Of a stretch of DNA of 58,357 bases, positions 47,694 through 56,593 are shown piece after piece (the first letter of the stretch is position 1; each line of letters opens with the position of its first letter). Position numbers and translations under genes: made by a program. This DNA is from a virus (Duplodnaviria > Caudoviricetes). The stretch is from the IMG/VR virus record IMGVR_UViG_3300030430_000907, positions 1 to 58,357 of that record. One strand, written 5' to 3'. The notes beneath the pieces are model-generated. The model saw nothing but the letters and a program-made list of their open reading frames with translations. It did not search any database and was not told the DNA's origin.

Positions 47694-48742
47694 GTGAGCA
47701 ACAGGTAGAAACAGCTATCGAAACAACTTTTGAGCCTGACACAGATGGTAAAGTAAAACCACAAAGTAGTGAGGATAAATTTTTTGGAGTTAAGACAGAA
47801 ATAAATTCTGATAGCAACGAAAAAGTAGAAGTAGAAGTCGTTAATGAAGACGAGCCAGTAGAACAAGAGGAGCAAGTTCCTGAAGAGAATAAGGAACAAC
47901 CTCAAGATGATGATGCTATAGATAAAGAAATATCTGACTATAGTAAAAGAGCTGGTGACAGAATAAATAAAATTAAGTACGAGTTCCATGAAGAACGTAG
48001 AGCTAAAGAAAGAGAGCAGAAAGAAAAAGACGAGGCTCTAAAAGTTAGCAAAACTTTATTAGCTGAAAATGAAAAGTTAAGAAAAGTTTTAAAAGAAGGT
48101 GGTGAGTTAATTAATAAGCAAGCTGTAAGCAATGCTCAGTTTGCTCTTAAACAGGCTCAAGAAAATTATAAGAAAGCTTTTGATGAAGGTGATACTCAAG
48201 CAATGGCAGATGCTCAAGCAGCAATAGCTAAAGCATCATACGCAGAGCAGCAAGCTCCTAGTTATGCACAAGCTATAGAGTCATCTATACAATCAGAGGT
48301 AAAACCTGAACAGTTACCAAATAATCAAGCAGCTCAAGTTGACCCTGCTATGAAAGAATGGTCAGCAAGAAATCCTTGGTTTATGGGTACAAGCAGTGAC
48401 AATAAAGCTATGACAGCTTACTCACTATTTTTAGATGAACAAATTAGAGCATCTGGTATTGACCCGATTGCTCAATCAGACAAGTATTATGCCAGTGTAG
48501 ATGAAGGCATGAGAAAACAGTTTCCTAATTATTTCGGCATATCACAACCAAGTGCGGAAGCAGAAGTTGTGGTAGACCCTAATTTGGAAAAAAGACAACC
48601 ATCAAATGTTGTCGCACCTGTGACGAGGGATACAGGAAAAAAACCTCGCAATGTTCGATTGACTCAGACGCAAGTTAAACTAGCACGTCAACTTGGTATA
48701 ACGCCTGAGCAATACGCAAAGCAAATTTTAAAGGAAGCTTAA
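47690..48742 (+). CDS. Capsid scaffolding protein
   Basis: Acidic N-terminus, coiled coil, NPWF, C-terminal LARQLGITPEQYAKQ. Confidence 0.75.
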   Translation: MSEQQVETAIETTFEPDTDGKVKPQSSEDKFFGVKTEINSDSNEKVEVEVVNEDEPVEQEEQVPEENKEQPQDDDAIDKEISDYSKRAGDRINKIKYEFHEERRAKEREQKEKDEALKVSKTLLAENEKLRKVLKEGGELINKQAVSNAQFALKQAQENYKKAFDEGDTQAMADAQAAIAKASYAEQQAPSYAQAIESSIQSEVKPEQLPNNQAAQVDPAMKEWSARNPWFMGTSSDNKAMTAYSLFLDEQIRASGIDPIAQSDKYYASVDEGMRKQFPNYFGISQPSAEAEVVVDPNLEKRQPSNVVAPVTRDTGKKPRNVRLTQTQVKLARQLGITPEQYAKQILKEA

Positions 48743-48743
48743 A

Positions 48744-49256
48744 ATGGAAGAAGACGTAAAAAATAACGTAGAAGAAAATGTAGAGGAATCTGCAGAACAA
48801 GTGCGTTCCCCTAGGGAAAGTGAAGACCGAGAGGTAGAACAAAGAGTAGAAAGTTGGGAGAACCCATCAAACCTCCCAAATCCAACTCCACAACCTGGTT
48901 GGGTTTTTAGATGGATTAGGACTAGTTTATTAGGTAATGCTGATAACCCTAATGTTTCTAAAAAGTTCAGAGAAGGTTGGCAACCATGCAGAAGTGAAGA
49001 CCATCCAGAATTACATATTCATATGATGGACTACAAATCTGAATGGGCAGATAAAGGTAATATAGAAATTGGTGGACAGTTGTTATGCAAGATGCCAAAA
49101 GAAAAGGCGGAAGCCAGAGATGCACATTTTAGAAAAATTGCTGCAAATCAAATTGAATCTGTTGACAACGTATATTTTAAGGACCAAGACTCAAGGATGG
49201 CTACTAAACAAGTGTTTGAGAGAAAATCAAGAACAACGTTTGGAAAAGATTCTTAG
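48744..49256 (+). CDS. Head-module protein
   Basis: GWVFRWIR...REGW..GGQLLCKMP; between scaffold and capsid. Confidence 0.65.
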   Translation: MEEDVKNNVEENVEESAEQVRSPRESEDREVEQRVESWENPSNLPNPTPQPGWVFRWIRTSLLGNADNPNVSKKFREGWQPCRSEDHPELHIHMMDYKSEWADKGNIEIGGQLLCKMPKEKAEARDAHFRKIAANQIESVDNVYFKDQDSRMATKQVFERKSRTTFGKDS

Positions 49257-49300
49257 TCTAGTCATAAACAATTTTAATAATTTTTTTTTAAGGAGAAACG

Positions 49301-49888
49301 ATGGCAGCATCAGCAGCACCTCATGGTGCAAGACCTGTAGGGTCATTAGTATCTTGTGCGTATAATGCAAAGATTTCTCACTATAAAATTAAAAACAATT
49401 ATGGCACAGCCATATTTTATGGTGACTTTGTAAAGTGGGCGGATGATAATCCAAACACAACTATACAAAAAGATACAGGAACATCCTCTTTAACACCTAT
49501 TGGTGTTTTCTTGGGAGTTTCTTATACTGACCCAGTATCAGGAGAATTTCGACAAGACAATCAATATCCTGCTTCAACAGCAGCAGATGATATTATTGCC
49601 TATGTTGCATCTGACCCATTCTTAGTAATGCAGATGCAATCAGATGAATCGCTTGACCAAGATGACTTGGGCAAGAATGTAGGAGTTATACAAACTGCAG
49701 GTTCTACAGTTTTTGGCATTAGTAAAAATGCTATAGACGGAAGTACCGCAGCAACAACTAATACACTACCTTTAAAGATTATCGACTTTGTCGATGGTCC
49801 AGATAGTGCTATTGGTGATAGTAAAACTGACGTATTAGTTATGTTCAATGTTGGACATCAACTACTTAACACAACAGGTATAGGTTAA
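49301..49888 (+). CDS. Capsid decoration/minor capsid protein
   Basis: GGAG SD; AIFYGDFV, IGVFLG; immediately before the major capsid gene. Confidence 0.7.
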   Translation: MAASAAPHGARPVGSLVSCAYNAKISHYKIKNNYGTAIFYGDFVKWADDNPNTTIQKDTGTSSLTPIGVFLGVSYTDPVSGEFRQDNQYPASTAADDIIAYVASDPFLVMQMQSDESLDQDDLGKNVGVIQTAGSTVFGISKNAIDGSTAATTNTLPLKIIDFVDGPDSAIGDSKTDVLVMFNVGHQLLNTTGIG

Positions 49889-49900
49889 TAGGAGAATAAC

Positions 49901-50842
49901 ATGGCAGCTATTTCAAGAGCTAATCAGCTAAAACAACTTCTTCCTGGACTTAATGCACTGTTTGGTGAAGAGTACAACAATTACGAAAACGAGCATGAAC
50001 AAATTTATGTAAGTGAAAACTCAGAACGTTCATTCGAGGAAGAGTTAAAACTTTCAGGATTTGGTGCAGCTCCAGTAAAAGATGAAGGTGCAGCAGTATC
50101 TTATGACGTTGCAAATGAATCTTTTGTAGCTCGTTATGCACACGAAACTATTGCTTTAGGCTACAGTATCACAGAAGAAGCTATGGAGGATAACCTCTAT
50201 GTTTCACTATCTGCTAGATACACAAAGGCTTTAGCAAGAGCTATGGCTTACACAAAGCAAGTCAAAGCAGCAGTTCCGTTAAATAACGGATTCAGTAATT
50301 CTTTCCAATCTGGAGATGGGGTAAACCTATTTACAGCAGATGGTGATGGAGTTACTGGTGGTGACGGACACCCATTGGTTAATGGCGGTAAGAACTCAAA
50401 TAGACCAGCTACAGGTGCTGATTTAAATGAAACATCTCTAGAAGATGCAGTAATTCAAATCGGTAAATGGACTGACGAAAGAGGTCTTAAAATCGCAGCA
50501 AGACCAAGAAAGTTAATCGTTCCATCAGACTTACAGTTTGTTGCAACTCGACTACTAGAGAGTGAATACAGACCAAGTTCTGCTGACAATGATATCAATG
50601 CAATTAGAAACAATGGTGTGATTCCAGAAGGCTATTCAGTTAATCATTATTTAACTGATACAAATGCTTTCTTTTTAATCACTGATGTGCCTGATGGCAT
50701 GAAGCATTTTGTCAGAAGTCCTATGGTAACAAGTATGGATGGAGACTTTGACACTGGTAATGTTAGATACAAAGCTAGAGAAAGATACTCATTTGGAGTA
50801 TCTGACCCACTTGGTATCTTTGGTTCACCAGGTTCAAGTTAA
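49901..50842 (+). CDS. Major capsid protein (Mu gpT-like)
   Basis: ISRANQLKQLLPGLNALFG, SERSFEE, ITEEAMEDNLY, YKARERYSFG; strong SD; followed by a terminator. Confidence 0.9.
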   Translation: MAAISRANQLKQLLPGLNALFGEEYNNYENEHEQIYVSENSERSFEEELKLSGFGAAPVKDEGAAVSYDVANESFVARYAHETIALGYSITEEAMEDNLYVSLSARYTKALARAMAYTKQVKAAVPLNNGFSNSFQSGDGVNLFTADGDGVTGGDGHPLVNGGKNSNRPATGADLNETSLEDAVIQIGKWTDERGLKIAARPRKLIVPSDLQFVATRLLESEYRPSSADNDINAIRNNGVIPEGYSVNHYLTDTNAFFLITDVPDGMKHFVRSPMVTSMDGDFDTGNVRYKARERYSFGVSDPLGIFGSPGSS

Positions 50843-50848
50843 TACTTT

Positions 50849-50872
50849 AGGGGAGCTTATGCTCCCCTTTTT
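50849..50872 (+). terminator. Rho-independent terminator after the major capsid gene
   Basis: GGGGAGC-TTAT-GCTCCCC followed by TTTTT. Confidence 0.85.
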
Positions 50873-50878
50873 CTATAT

Positions 50879-50935
50879 CTAGGGATTTTTTTAACCTTTC
50901 TATCGACTGCCCTAGCAGACAAGCCAAGACGATAG
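50879..50935 (+). ncRNA. Pseudoknotted element downstream of the capsid gene (possibly Mu-gpT-DE-like)
   Basis: CTAGGG pairs with loop CCCTAG inside the CTATCG/CGATAG stem; family name recalled, not searched. Confidence 0.5.
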
Positions 50936-50957
50936 ATTTTTTTCCCAAGGAGGGAAC

Positions 50958-51485
50958 ATGGCAAATACTTCTTTTAATGGACCAGTAAGGTCCGAAAATG
51001 GCTTTAAAGTCATATCCAAAGATTCAAGCTCAGGAGCTGTAACAGAGTCATTTGTATTAGATGGCTCAGGTTTACAAGTAGCACCTGTAGCATTAGCTGA
51101 TTCAGCAGCTATTTCGTTAACGGCAGCAGCACATGGTGGTAGGGTATCAGTAGTACCTGCACTAGGTCAGAACTGCACATTATCACTTCCTTCACCATCA
51201 GCAGGAGTTTACTTCAAGATTATTTATGGTGGTGCAGCAGAAGAAACAGAAAACCTTATCATTGATTCAGGTTCAGATACCAATTTCTTTTTAGGCGGTA
51301 TTGTTCATTTAGATTCAAATGCAGATAACGTATCTGTGTTCGCAGACGGAAACTCAAACTCTATATTAACTCTTACAGACTTCGGTGTGTTCGAGATTAA
51401 TATATTGGCAAAAGATTCAACCAACTGGTATATCTGGGGTAGCCAAGAAGGTGCAGATGCTCCAGCATTTACTGACCAATCTTAA
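50958..51485 (+). CDS. Virion structural protein
   Basis: GGAGG SD; MANTSFNGPVRSENGF start; beta-rich. Confidence 0.7.
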   Translation: MANTSFNGPVRSENGFKVISKDSSSGAVTESFVLDGSGLQVAPVALADSAAISLTAAAHGGRVSVVPALGQNCTLSLPSPSAGVYFKIIYGGAAEETENLIIDSGSDTNFFLGGIVHLDSNADNVSVFADGNSNSILTLTDFGVFEINILAKDSTNWYIWGSQEGADAPAFTDQS

Positions 51486-51497
51486 TAGGAGTAAACA

Positions 51498-51905
51498 ATG
51501 GCTGATGCAGTAACTTCACAAACTATTATAGATGGCGAAAGAAACTGTGTTATGAAGTTTACTAATGTTAGTGATGGCACTGGCGAATCTGCGGTAGCTA
51601 AAGTAGATGTTTCTGAATTAGCTCCTAATGCAGAGGGCGTGGCTTGTTCAGAAGTACGAGTGCTTAGAGTGAGTCATGCTATCGTTGGTATGTCTGTTCA
51701 ATTATTTCTTAATGCTACTTCTAATGTTTTACTTATGGAATTAGCAGAAAGTAGTAATGGACATATGGACTTCAAAGACTTTGGTGGTCTTCCTAATAAT
51801 GCAGGAAGTGGCAAGAATGGAGACATTTTATTTACTACTAAAGGACACAGTTCAGGAGATACATATTCAATCGTCTTAGAGATGGTTAAAGTATATTCTG
51901 ACTAA
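51498..51905 (+). CDS. Virion structural protein
   Basis: GGAG SD; MADAVTSQTI.DG...SDGTGESAV.KVD. Confidence 0.7.
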   Translation: MADAVTSQTIIDGERNCVMKFTNVSDGTGESAVAKVDVSELAPNAEGVACSEVRVLRVSHAIVGMSVQLFLNATSNVLLMELAESSNGHMDFKDFGGLPNNAGSGKNGDILFTTKGHSSGDTYSIVLEMVKVYSD

Positions 51906-51914
51906 GGAGAAACT

Positions 51915-52202
51915 ATGTATTATATTTCTGAAAATGGAGATTTTCCCCCACAGTATTTTGTGTTAAAGCAAGATGAAGATGGTGTCTTAAGACCTGTATT
52001 TGGTCCAGACCCAGACTTTGTGGATGCGGAACGTAAACTTGCAGAACTATCTGGTTCAGATGAAAGAGCTAGAAATGATAAAGGTCATTTCATAGCTGAT
52101 GATGAATCTACTCCAGATATAAATGAGGCTTATGTTTCAGGAAAAGCACCTGCTAAGAAAAAGAAAGTAGGTAGACCTAAAAAGAAAGCATCTAAGAAAT
52201 AA
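51915..52202 (+). CDS. Hypothetical protein with basic tail
   Basis: GGAG SD; RARNDKGHFIADDESTPDINEAY. Confidence 0.65.
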   Translation: MYYISENGDFPPQYFVLKQDEDGVLRPVFGPDPDFVDAERKLAELSGSDERARNDKGHFIADDESTPDINEAYVSGKAPAKKKKVGRPKKKASKK

Positions 52203-52732
52203 TGCTAAACGAATCTTTACTGGCTAAAGAACTACGTCAGTGGAGCAAAGATGTATTAGAAAAACCAAATAAAAAGTTTAATAACTTACCAGCTTGTCCT
52301 TTTACAAAGTTGACTTGGGATAAAAACAAAGCAAAGGTTGTTTTAGGAGAAGGTGGTCTTTGGGAAGACCTAATACAATTAATTGAAAATTTTGATGATA
52401 CTTACGATGTCATAATATATTGTGGCACTGATATAGATATTGTTGATAGTACAGAAGTTGAAAATAGATTAAAGACTTTAAATGATTGGATAGTAAAAGA
52501 TAATCTATGGGTTATGGGTTCACACCCAGAAACTGACGAAGATAATCATGCTGCTAGTCAAGAAGACTTTGAGCCTATTGTTCAAGATTCTTACTACACA
52601 GTATATTTACAAAGACTTGATATGTTAGTTAAAGCATCGGATAGTATAGAAAGAAAAGGTTATTACAAGAATTATTCTAGTGATAACTACAACAAGCTTA
52701 TAAAAGCAAGGAGAAAAAAATGGCTGGAATGA
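52202..52732 (+). CDS. Hypothetical protein (DUF1415-like)
   Basis: LPACPF, SHP and LQRL motifs. Confidence 0.6.
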   Translation: MLNESLLAKELRQWSKDVLEKPNKKFNNLPACPFTKLTWDKNKAKVVLGEGGLWEDLIQLIENFDDTYDVIIYCGTDIDIVDSTEVENRLKTLNDWIVKDNLWVMGSHPETDEDNHAASQEDFEPIVQDSYYTVYLQRLDMLVKASDSIERKGYYKNYSSDNYNKLIKARRKKWLE

Positions 52733-52983
52733 AAAAGTCAAATGTTAAAAAGAAACCTATGCCAGGAATGGCAGGCGGTGGCAAAGCATCTGTTAAGAAA
52801 AAACCTATGCCAGGTATGGCAGGTGGCGGTAAGTCATCTGTGAAAAAGAAACCTATGCCAGGTATGCGAAAAGGTATGAAGGTAAAAGGTAAAGGCATGA
52901 ATAAACGCAAAGGTGGTATGCAAATGCCTATGGTTGAAAACTTTAACGACATGGTCAAAAGAAGGTTTGGCGGTAAAGTTTAA
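52720..52983 (+). CDS. Small basic repeat protein
   Basis: VKKKPMPGMAGGGK unit (48 nt) repeated about 2.5 times. Confidence 0.7.
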   Translation: MAGMKKSNVKKKPMPGMAGGGKASVKKKPMPGMAGGGKSSVKKKPMPGMRKGMKVKGKGMNKRKGGMQMPMVENFNDMVKRRFGGKV

Positions 52984-52989
52984 ACAGAT

Positions 52990-53280
52990 ATGTCTAGAGC
53001 CAAAAAGGATTCTAGGTTGGCTAGGGCGGGAGTCTCAGGTTATAACAAACCTAAGAGAACGCCCAACCATCCTACTAAGTCTCATGTAGTTGTTGCTAAA
53101 GACGGCAACAAAATTAAGACTATTCGTTTTGGACAACAAGGAGTTAAAGGTGCTGGTAAGAACCCTAAGACTAAAAAGGATAAAGCTAGACGTAAATCTT
53201 ACTACGCTAGGCATAATGCCCAAGATAAAAACCCTAGCAAGTTAAGTGCTAGATACTGGTCACATAAAGTAAAATGGTAA
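52990..53280 (+). CDS. Small basic protein
   Basis: PKRTPNHPTKSHVV...IRFGQQG...RRKSYYARH...ARYWS. Confidence 0.75.
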   Translation: MSRAKKDSRLARAGVSGYNKPKRTPNHPTKSHVVVAKDGNKIKTIRFGQQGVKGAGKNPKTKKDKARRKSYYARHNAQDKNPSKLSARYWSHKVKW

Positions 53281-53337
53281 TGACAAGAGCAAATTTTAAA
53301 GTTTTAACTAGAAAAGCTCCTGCAGGAAAAAAGAAAA

Positions 53338-53496
53338 ATGCCCTTAAAAAAAGGAAGAACAAGAGAAGTAATAAGCGATAATATATCAAAGCTTAGAAAA
53401 GAAGGTAAACCACAAAAGCAAGCAATAGCTATAGCTTTACAAAAAGCTGGAAAAAGTGAAAAGAAAAAGAAGAGACCCAAAAGTAGGAACAGGTAA
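53338..53496 (+). CDS. Small basic protein (52 aa, absent from track)
   Basis: [38 protein letters not shown]. Confidence 0.65.
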   Translation: MPLKKGRTREVISDNISKLRKEGKPQKQAIAIALQKAGKSEKKKKRPKSRNR

Positions 53497-53746
53497 AAAA
53501 CCTAAAGGCAGTGGTCGAAGGTTATATACCGATGAAAATCCTAAAGATACAGTTGGTATTAAGTTTGCTACACCAGCAGATGCTAGAGCAACTGTAGCTA
53601 AGGTTAAAAGAATTAATAAACCTTTTGCACGTAAGATACAGATACTAACTGTCTTAGAACAAAGAGCAAAGGTTGCAGGTAAAAATGAACAAGCAAAGAT
53701 AGCTAAAAAAGGTAAAGAGGCTATCAGAAGGAAAGAAGGTAAGTAA
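53456..53746 (+). CDS. Small basic protein
   Basis: [27 protein letters not shown]. Confidence 0.7.
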   Translation: MKRKRRDPKVGTGKKPKGSGRRLYTDENPKDTVGIKFATPADARATVAKVKRINKPFARKIQILTVLEQRAKVAGKNEQAKIAKKGKEAIRRKEGK

Positions 53747-54438
53747 TGGCAACAAGCGGTACAACAACATTTAATTTAGATTTATCTGACATCATGGAAG
53801 AGGCTTATGAATTATGCGGTCTAACTATGAGGTCAGGTTATGATTATAGAACTGCAAGACGAGCACTTAATTTAATATTCTTAGAGTGGCAAAATAAAGG
53901 ACTAAACCTTTGGAAGATAGAACAAGCTACGCAAACTTTAACTGCTGGCACAAGTAGTTATGCTGCAGAAACATCAGCACTAGAAATAGTAGATGCATTT
54001 ATTAGAACTGATAGTGGTGATACAAACAAACAGTTTGACCAACAACTAACTAGAATATCTAGAACAGAATATAATCATCAAGCAAAGAAACTTACACAAT
54101 CAAAACCTACTCAGTTTTTTGCAGATAAAGGTACAAGTGGTATAAACATAGTATTATGGGCAACACCTGATGATACGCAAACATATACTTTAGTTTATGA
54201 CTACATAAAAAGAATAGAAGATGCAGGTAGTGTAGCTAGCAATAATGCAGATGTTCCTGCTAGATATCTACCATGTTTAACTTATGCTTTGGCTTATAAC
54301 ATAGCTTGTAAAGAGCCTGATGCTATAAACAAAGTTAATATGATAAGAGGCAGATACTTAGAATTATGGAATGAAGTATCTGAGTCTGATAGAGAAAGAG
54401 CAGCAGTTAAGTTTGTTCCAGGTGGAACAATTTATTAG
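53746..54438 (+). CDS. Head-tail adaptor/tail tubular protein
   Basis: [11 protein letters not shown]...EEAYE.CG, ARRALNL...W.N.G.NLW, DVP.RYLPCL. Confidence 0.75.
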   Translation: MATSGTTTFNLDLSDIMEEAYELCGLTMRSGYDYRTARRALNLIFLEWQNKGLNLWKIEQATQTLTAGTSSYAAETSALEIVDAFIRTDSGDTNKQFDQQLTRISRTEYNHQAKKLTQSKPTQFFADKGTSGINIVLWATPDDTQTYTLVYDYIKRIEDAGSVASNNADVPARYLPCLTYALAYNIACKEPDAINKVNMIRGRYLELWNEVSESDRERAAVKFVPGGTIY

Positions 54439-54440
54439 TT

Positions 54441-54755
54441 ATGGCATATGCAGTAGGAAGAAAAGCTTTAGGTCAGTGCGATAGATGTGGTTTTACATAT
54501 AAGTTAAAAGATTTAAAGTATGAAGTAGAAGATGAAAGCAGAAATGGTTTGAGAGTATGTCAAGAATGTTTTGACCCAGACCATCCTCAGCTACAAGTAG
54601 GTAAATTAAATACTTCTGACCCAGAGGCATTATTTAATCCAAGAGCTGATGCTGGAGAAAAAGACTCAACTACTTACTTTGGTTTTAACCCTGTATCTAG
54701 TACAGGTATGATTGCAAGAGCTAAAGCAGGTAAAGTTAAGGTGGTGATAGGATGA
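54441..54755 (+). CDS. Zinc-binding virion-module protein
   Basis: CDRCGF...VCQECFDP.HPQL. Confidence 0.7.
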   Translation: MAYAVGRKALGQCDRCGFTYKLKDLKYEVEDESRNGLRVCQECFDPDHPQLQVGKLNTSDPEALFNPRADAGEKDSTTYFGFNPVSSTGMIARAKAGKVKVVIG

Positions 54756-55393
54756 CCTATGCAGAATTAAAAAGTTTAATACAAAATTATTTAGAAAATA
54801 CTGAGGCTACTTTTGTTTCAGACTTACCTAAGATAATAGAACAAGCAGAAACTAGAATACTTAAAAGTGTAAAGCTACCTGTATTTAGAAAGAATGTAGA
54901 AGGTTCTATAACTTCTGGCAATAAATATTTAAACACACCATCAGATTTTTTAGATAATTATTCTTTAGCTTTAACAAATTCTGATAGCCAAGAGTTTTTA
55001 TTGTTTAAGGATGTAAACTTTATTAGAGAGGCATATCCTAATCCTTCAACAACAGGAGTGCCAAAACACTATGCTTTATTTGATAATACTACTTTTATAT
55101 TAGGACCAACTCCTAATGCAACTTTTGTAGCAGAGTTACATTATTTTTATAAACCAACATCTATAACAGCAGGAGCAGAAAGTGGTACGACATGGTTATC
55201 TACTAATGCAGAAAATGCTTTACTTTATGGAGCTATATTAGAGTCATACGTTTATATGAAAGGAGATTTAAACTTAATGCAAGTTTATGAAAAACGATAC
55301 GACCAAGCATTAGCAAGATTAAAAACTCTAGGTGAAGGTGAAAATACTAGAGACCAGTACAGAGATGATACCTATAGGGTACAAAGAACATAA
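54752..55393 (+). CDS. Head-tail adaptor protein
   Basis: MTYAELK..IQNY, AE.RI, PKHYA, PTP, TWLS.NA..ALLYG. Confidence 0.72.
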   Translation: MTYAELKSLIQNYLENTEATFVSDLPKIIEQAETRILKSVKLPVFRKNVEGSITSGNKYLNTPSDFLDNYSLALTNSDSQEFLLFKDVNFIREAYPNPSTTGVPKHYALFDNTTFILGPTPNATFVAELHYFYKPTSITAGAESGTTWLSTNAENALLYGAILESYVYMKGDLNLMQVYEKRYDQALARLKTLGEGENTRDQYRDDTYRVQRT

Positions 55394-55683
55394 TGTTTAG
55401 TGTAGATGTAAAATCAGGAATAGGTGATGTTGGAGTAAAAACAACACACAATGAAGGATTAAGCCCTGAATACTGGACAGAAAGAATAGTAGAAAGATTA
55501 GTATCAATAAGCAATAATGCTGACCCTATGGTTAAGGCACAAGCTGAAGCCTTTAGAGATAGTATTACTAATTTAATTTTACTATATATGAAACAAGCTA
55601 TATCAAGTGACAGAGCTACTGTAGCAGGTCTATTAGAAAAGCAAGGTCATAAAGATATGGCTGATATTGTAAGGAGATTATAA
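55393..55683 (+). CDS. Hypothetical protein
   Basis: Coupled ORF in the tail module. Confidence 0.65.
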   Translation: MFSVDVKSGIGDVGVKTTHNEGLSPEYWTERIVERLVSISNNADPMVKAQAEAFRDSITNLILLYMKQAISSDRATVAGLLEKQGHKDMADIVRRL

Positions 55684-56114
55684 TGGCGATTTCGCAAGCA
55701 ATGTGTACTTCATTTAAAAAAGAACTTTTAGAGGGTGTACACAATTTTAAAAATTCAGGTGGCAATGATTTTAAACTAGCACTTTATACAAGTTCAGCTA
55801 CTTTAGGAGCATCCACTACAGCATACACTACCTCTAATGAGGCTAGTGGTACGAACTATACAGCTAAAGGAGCATCTCTAACTAGAGTTGACCCTTCAAC
55901 ATCTAGCACTACAGCACTTACTGACTTTGCAGATTTAACTTTTAGTAATGCAAGTGTTACAGCTAGAGGCTGTTTAATATTTAATGACACTGCTTCAGGA
56001 GACCCTGCAGTTTGTGTTTTAGATTTTGGTGGAGATAAAACATCTACTGCTGGAGATTTTACAATTCAGTTCCCTGCAGCAGATGCATCAAACGCAATAA
56101 TTAGAATAGCTTAA
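55683..56114 (+). CDS. Tail-associated structural protein
   Basis: SFKKELL, FKLALYTSSA, VLDFGGDK...FTIQFP. Confidence 0.72.
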   Translation: MAISQAMCTSFKKELLEGVHNFKNSGGNDFKLALYTSSATLGASTTAYTTSNEASGTNYTAKGASLTRVDPSTSSTTALTDFADLTFSNASVTARGCLIFNDTASGDPAVCVLDFGGDKTSTAGDFTIQFPAADASNAIIRIA

Positions 56115-56116
56115 CT

Positions 56117-56581
56117 ATGGCAATAATTAATGGTTGGGGTCGAGGCACTTGGGGAGAAGGTGCTTGGAGTCAACCGATTGCAGTTTCAGTAACTGGTGTA
56201 GCTGGTACAACTGCATTAGGTGATGAAAGTGTTTCTATAAGCACTGTATCAGGTGTAAGTGCAGTAGCAGCAACATCTGGTCTAGGTGATGAATCTGTAA
56301 GTGCTGCAGCTAATGTAAGTGTTACAGGATTAGTAGGAACATCAGCTTTAGGCTCTGTATCATTAATTACAAACAACAATTTATCTGTTACAGGTTTTGT
56401 TGGAACAACTTCACTAGGTGATGACACAACAACAGGTGATGCTAATGCACCAGTAACTCTGGATTCTTTAGTATCAGGTTTAGGTGGAGTAGTAGTTTGG
56501 GGAGCAGTAGATACTTCACAAACACCAAATTATAGTAATATAAGTACATCTCAAACGCCTGATTGGCAAGAGGTGGCATAA
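56117..56581 (+). CDS. Tail-associated protein with G/V/S/T repeats
   Basis: GWGRGTWG.GAW start, repeated VSVTG..GT..LG units. Confidence 0.7.
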   Translation: MAIINGWGRGTWGEGAWSQPIAVSVTGVAGTTALGDESVSISTVSGVSAVAATSGLGDESVSAAANVSVTGLVGTSALGSVSLITNNNLSVTGFVGTTSLGDDTTTGDANAPVTLDSLVSGLGGVVVWGAVDTSQTPNYSNISTSQTPDWQEVA

Positions 56582-56593
56582 CAAAGGAAAATT

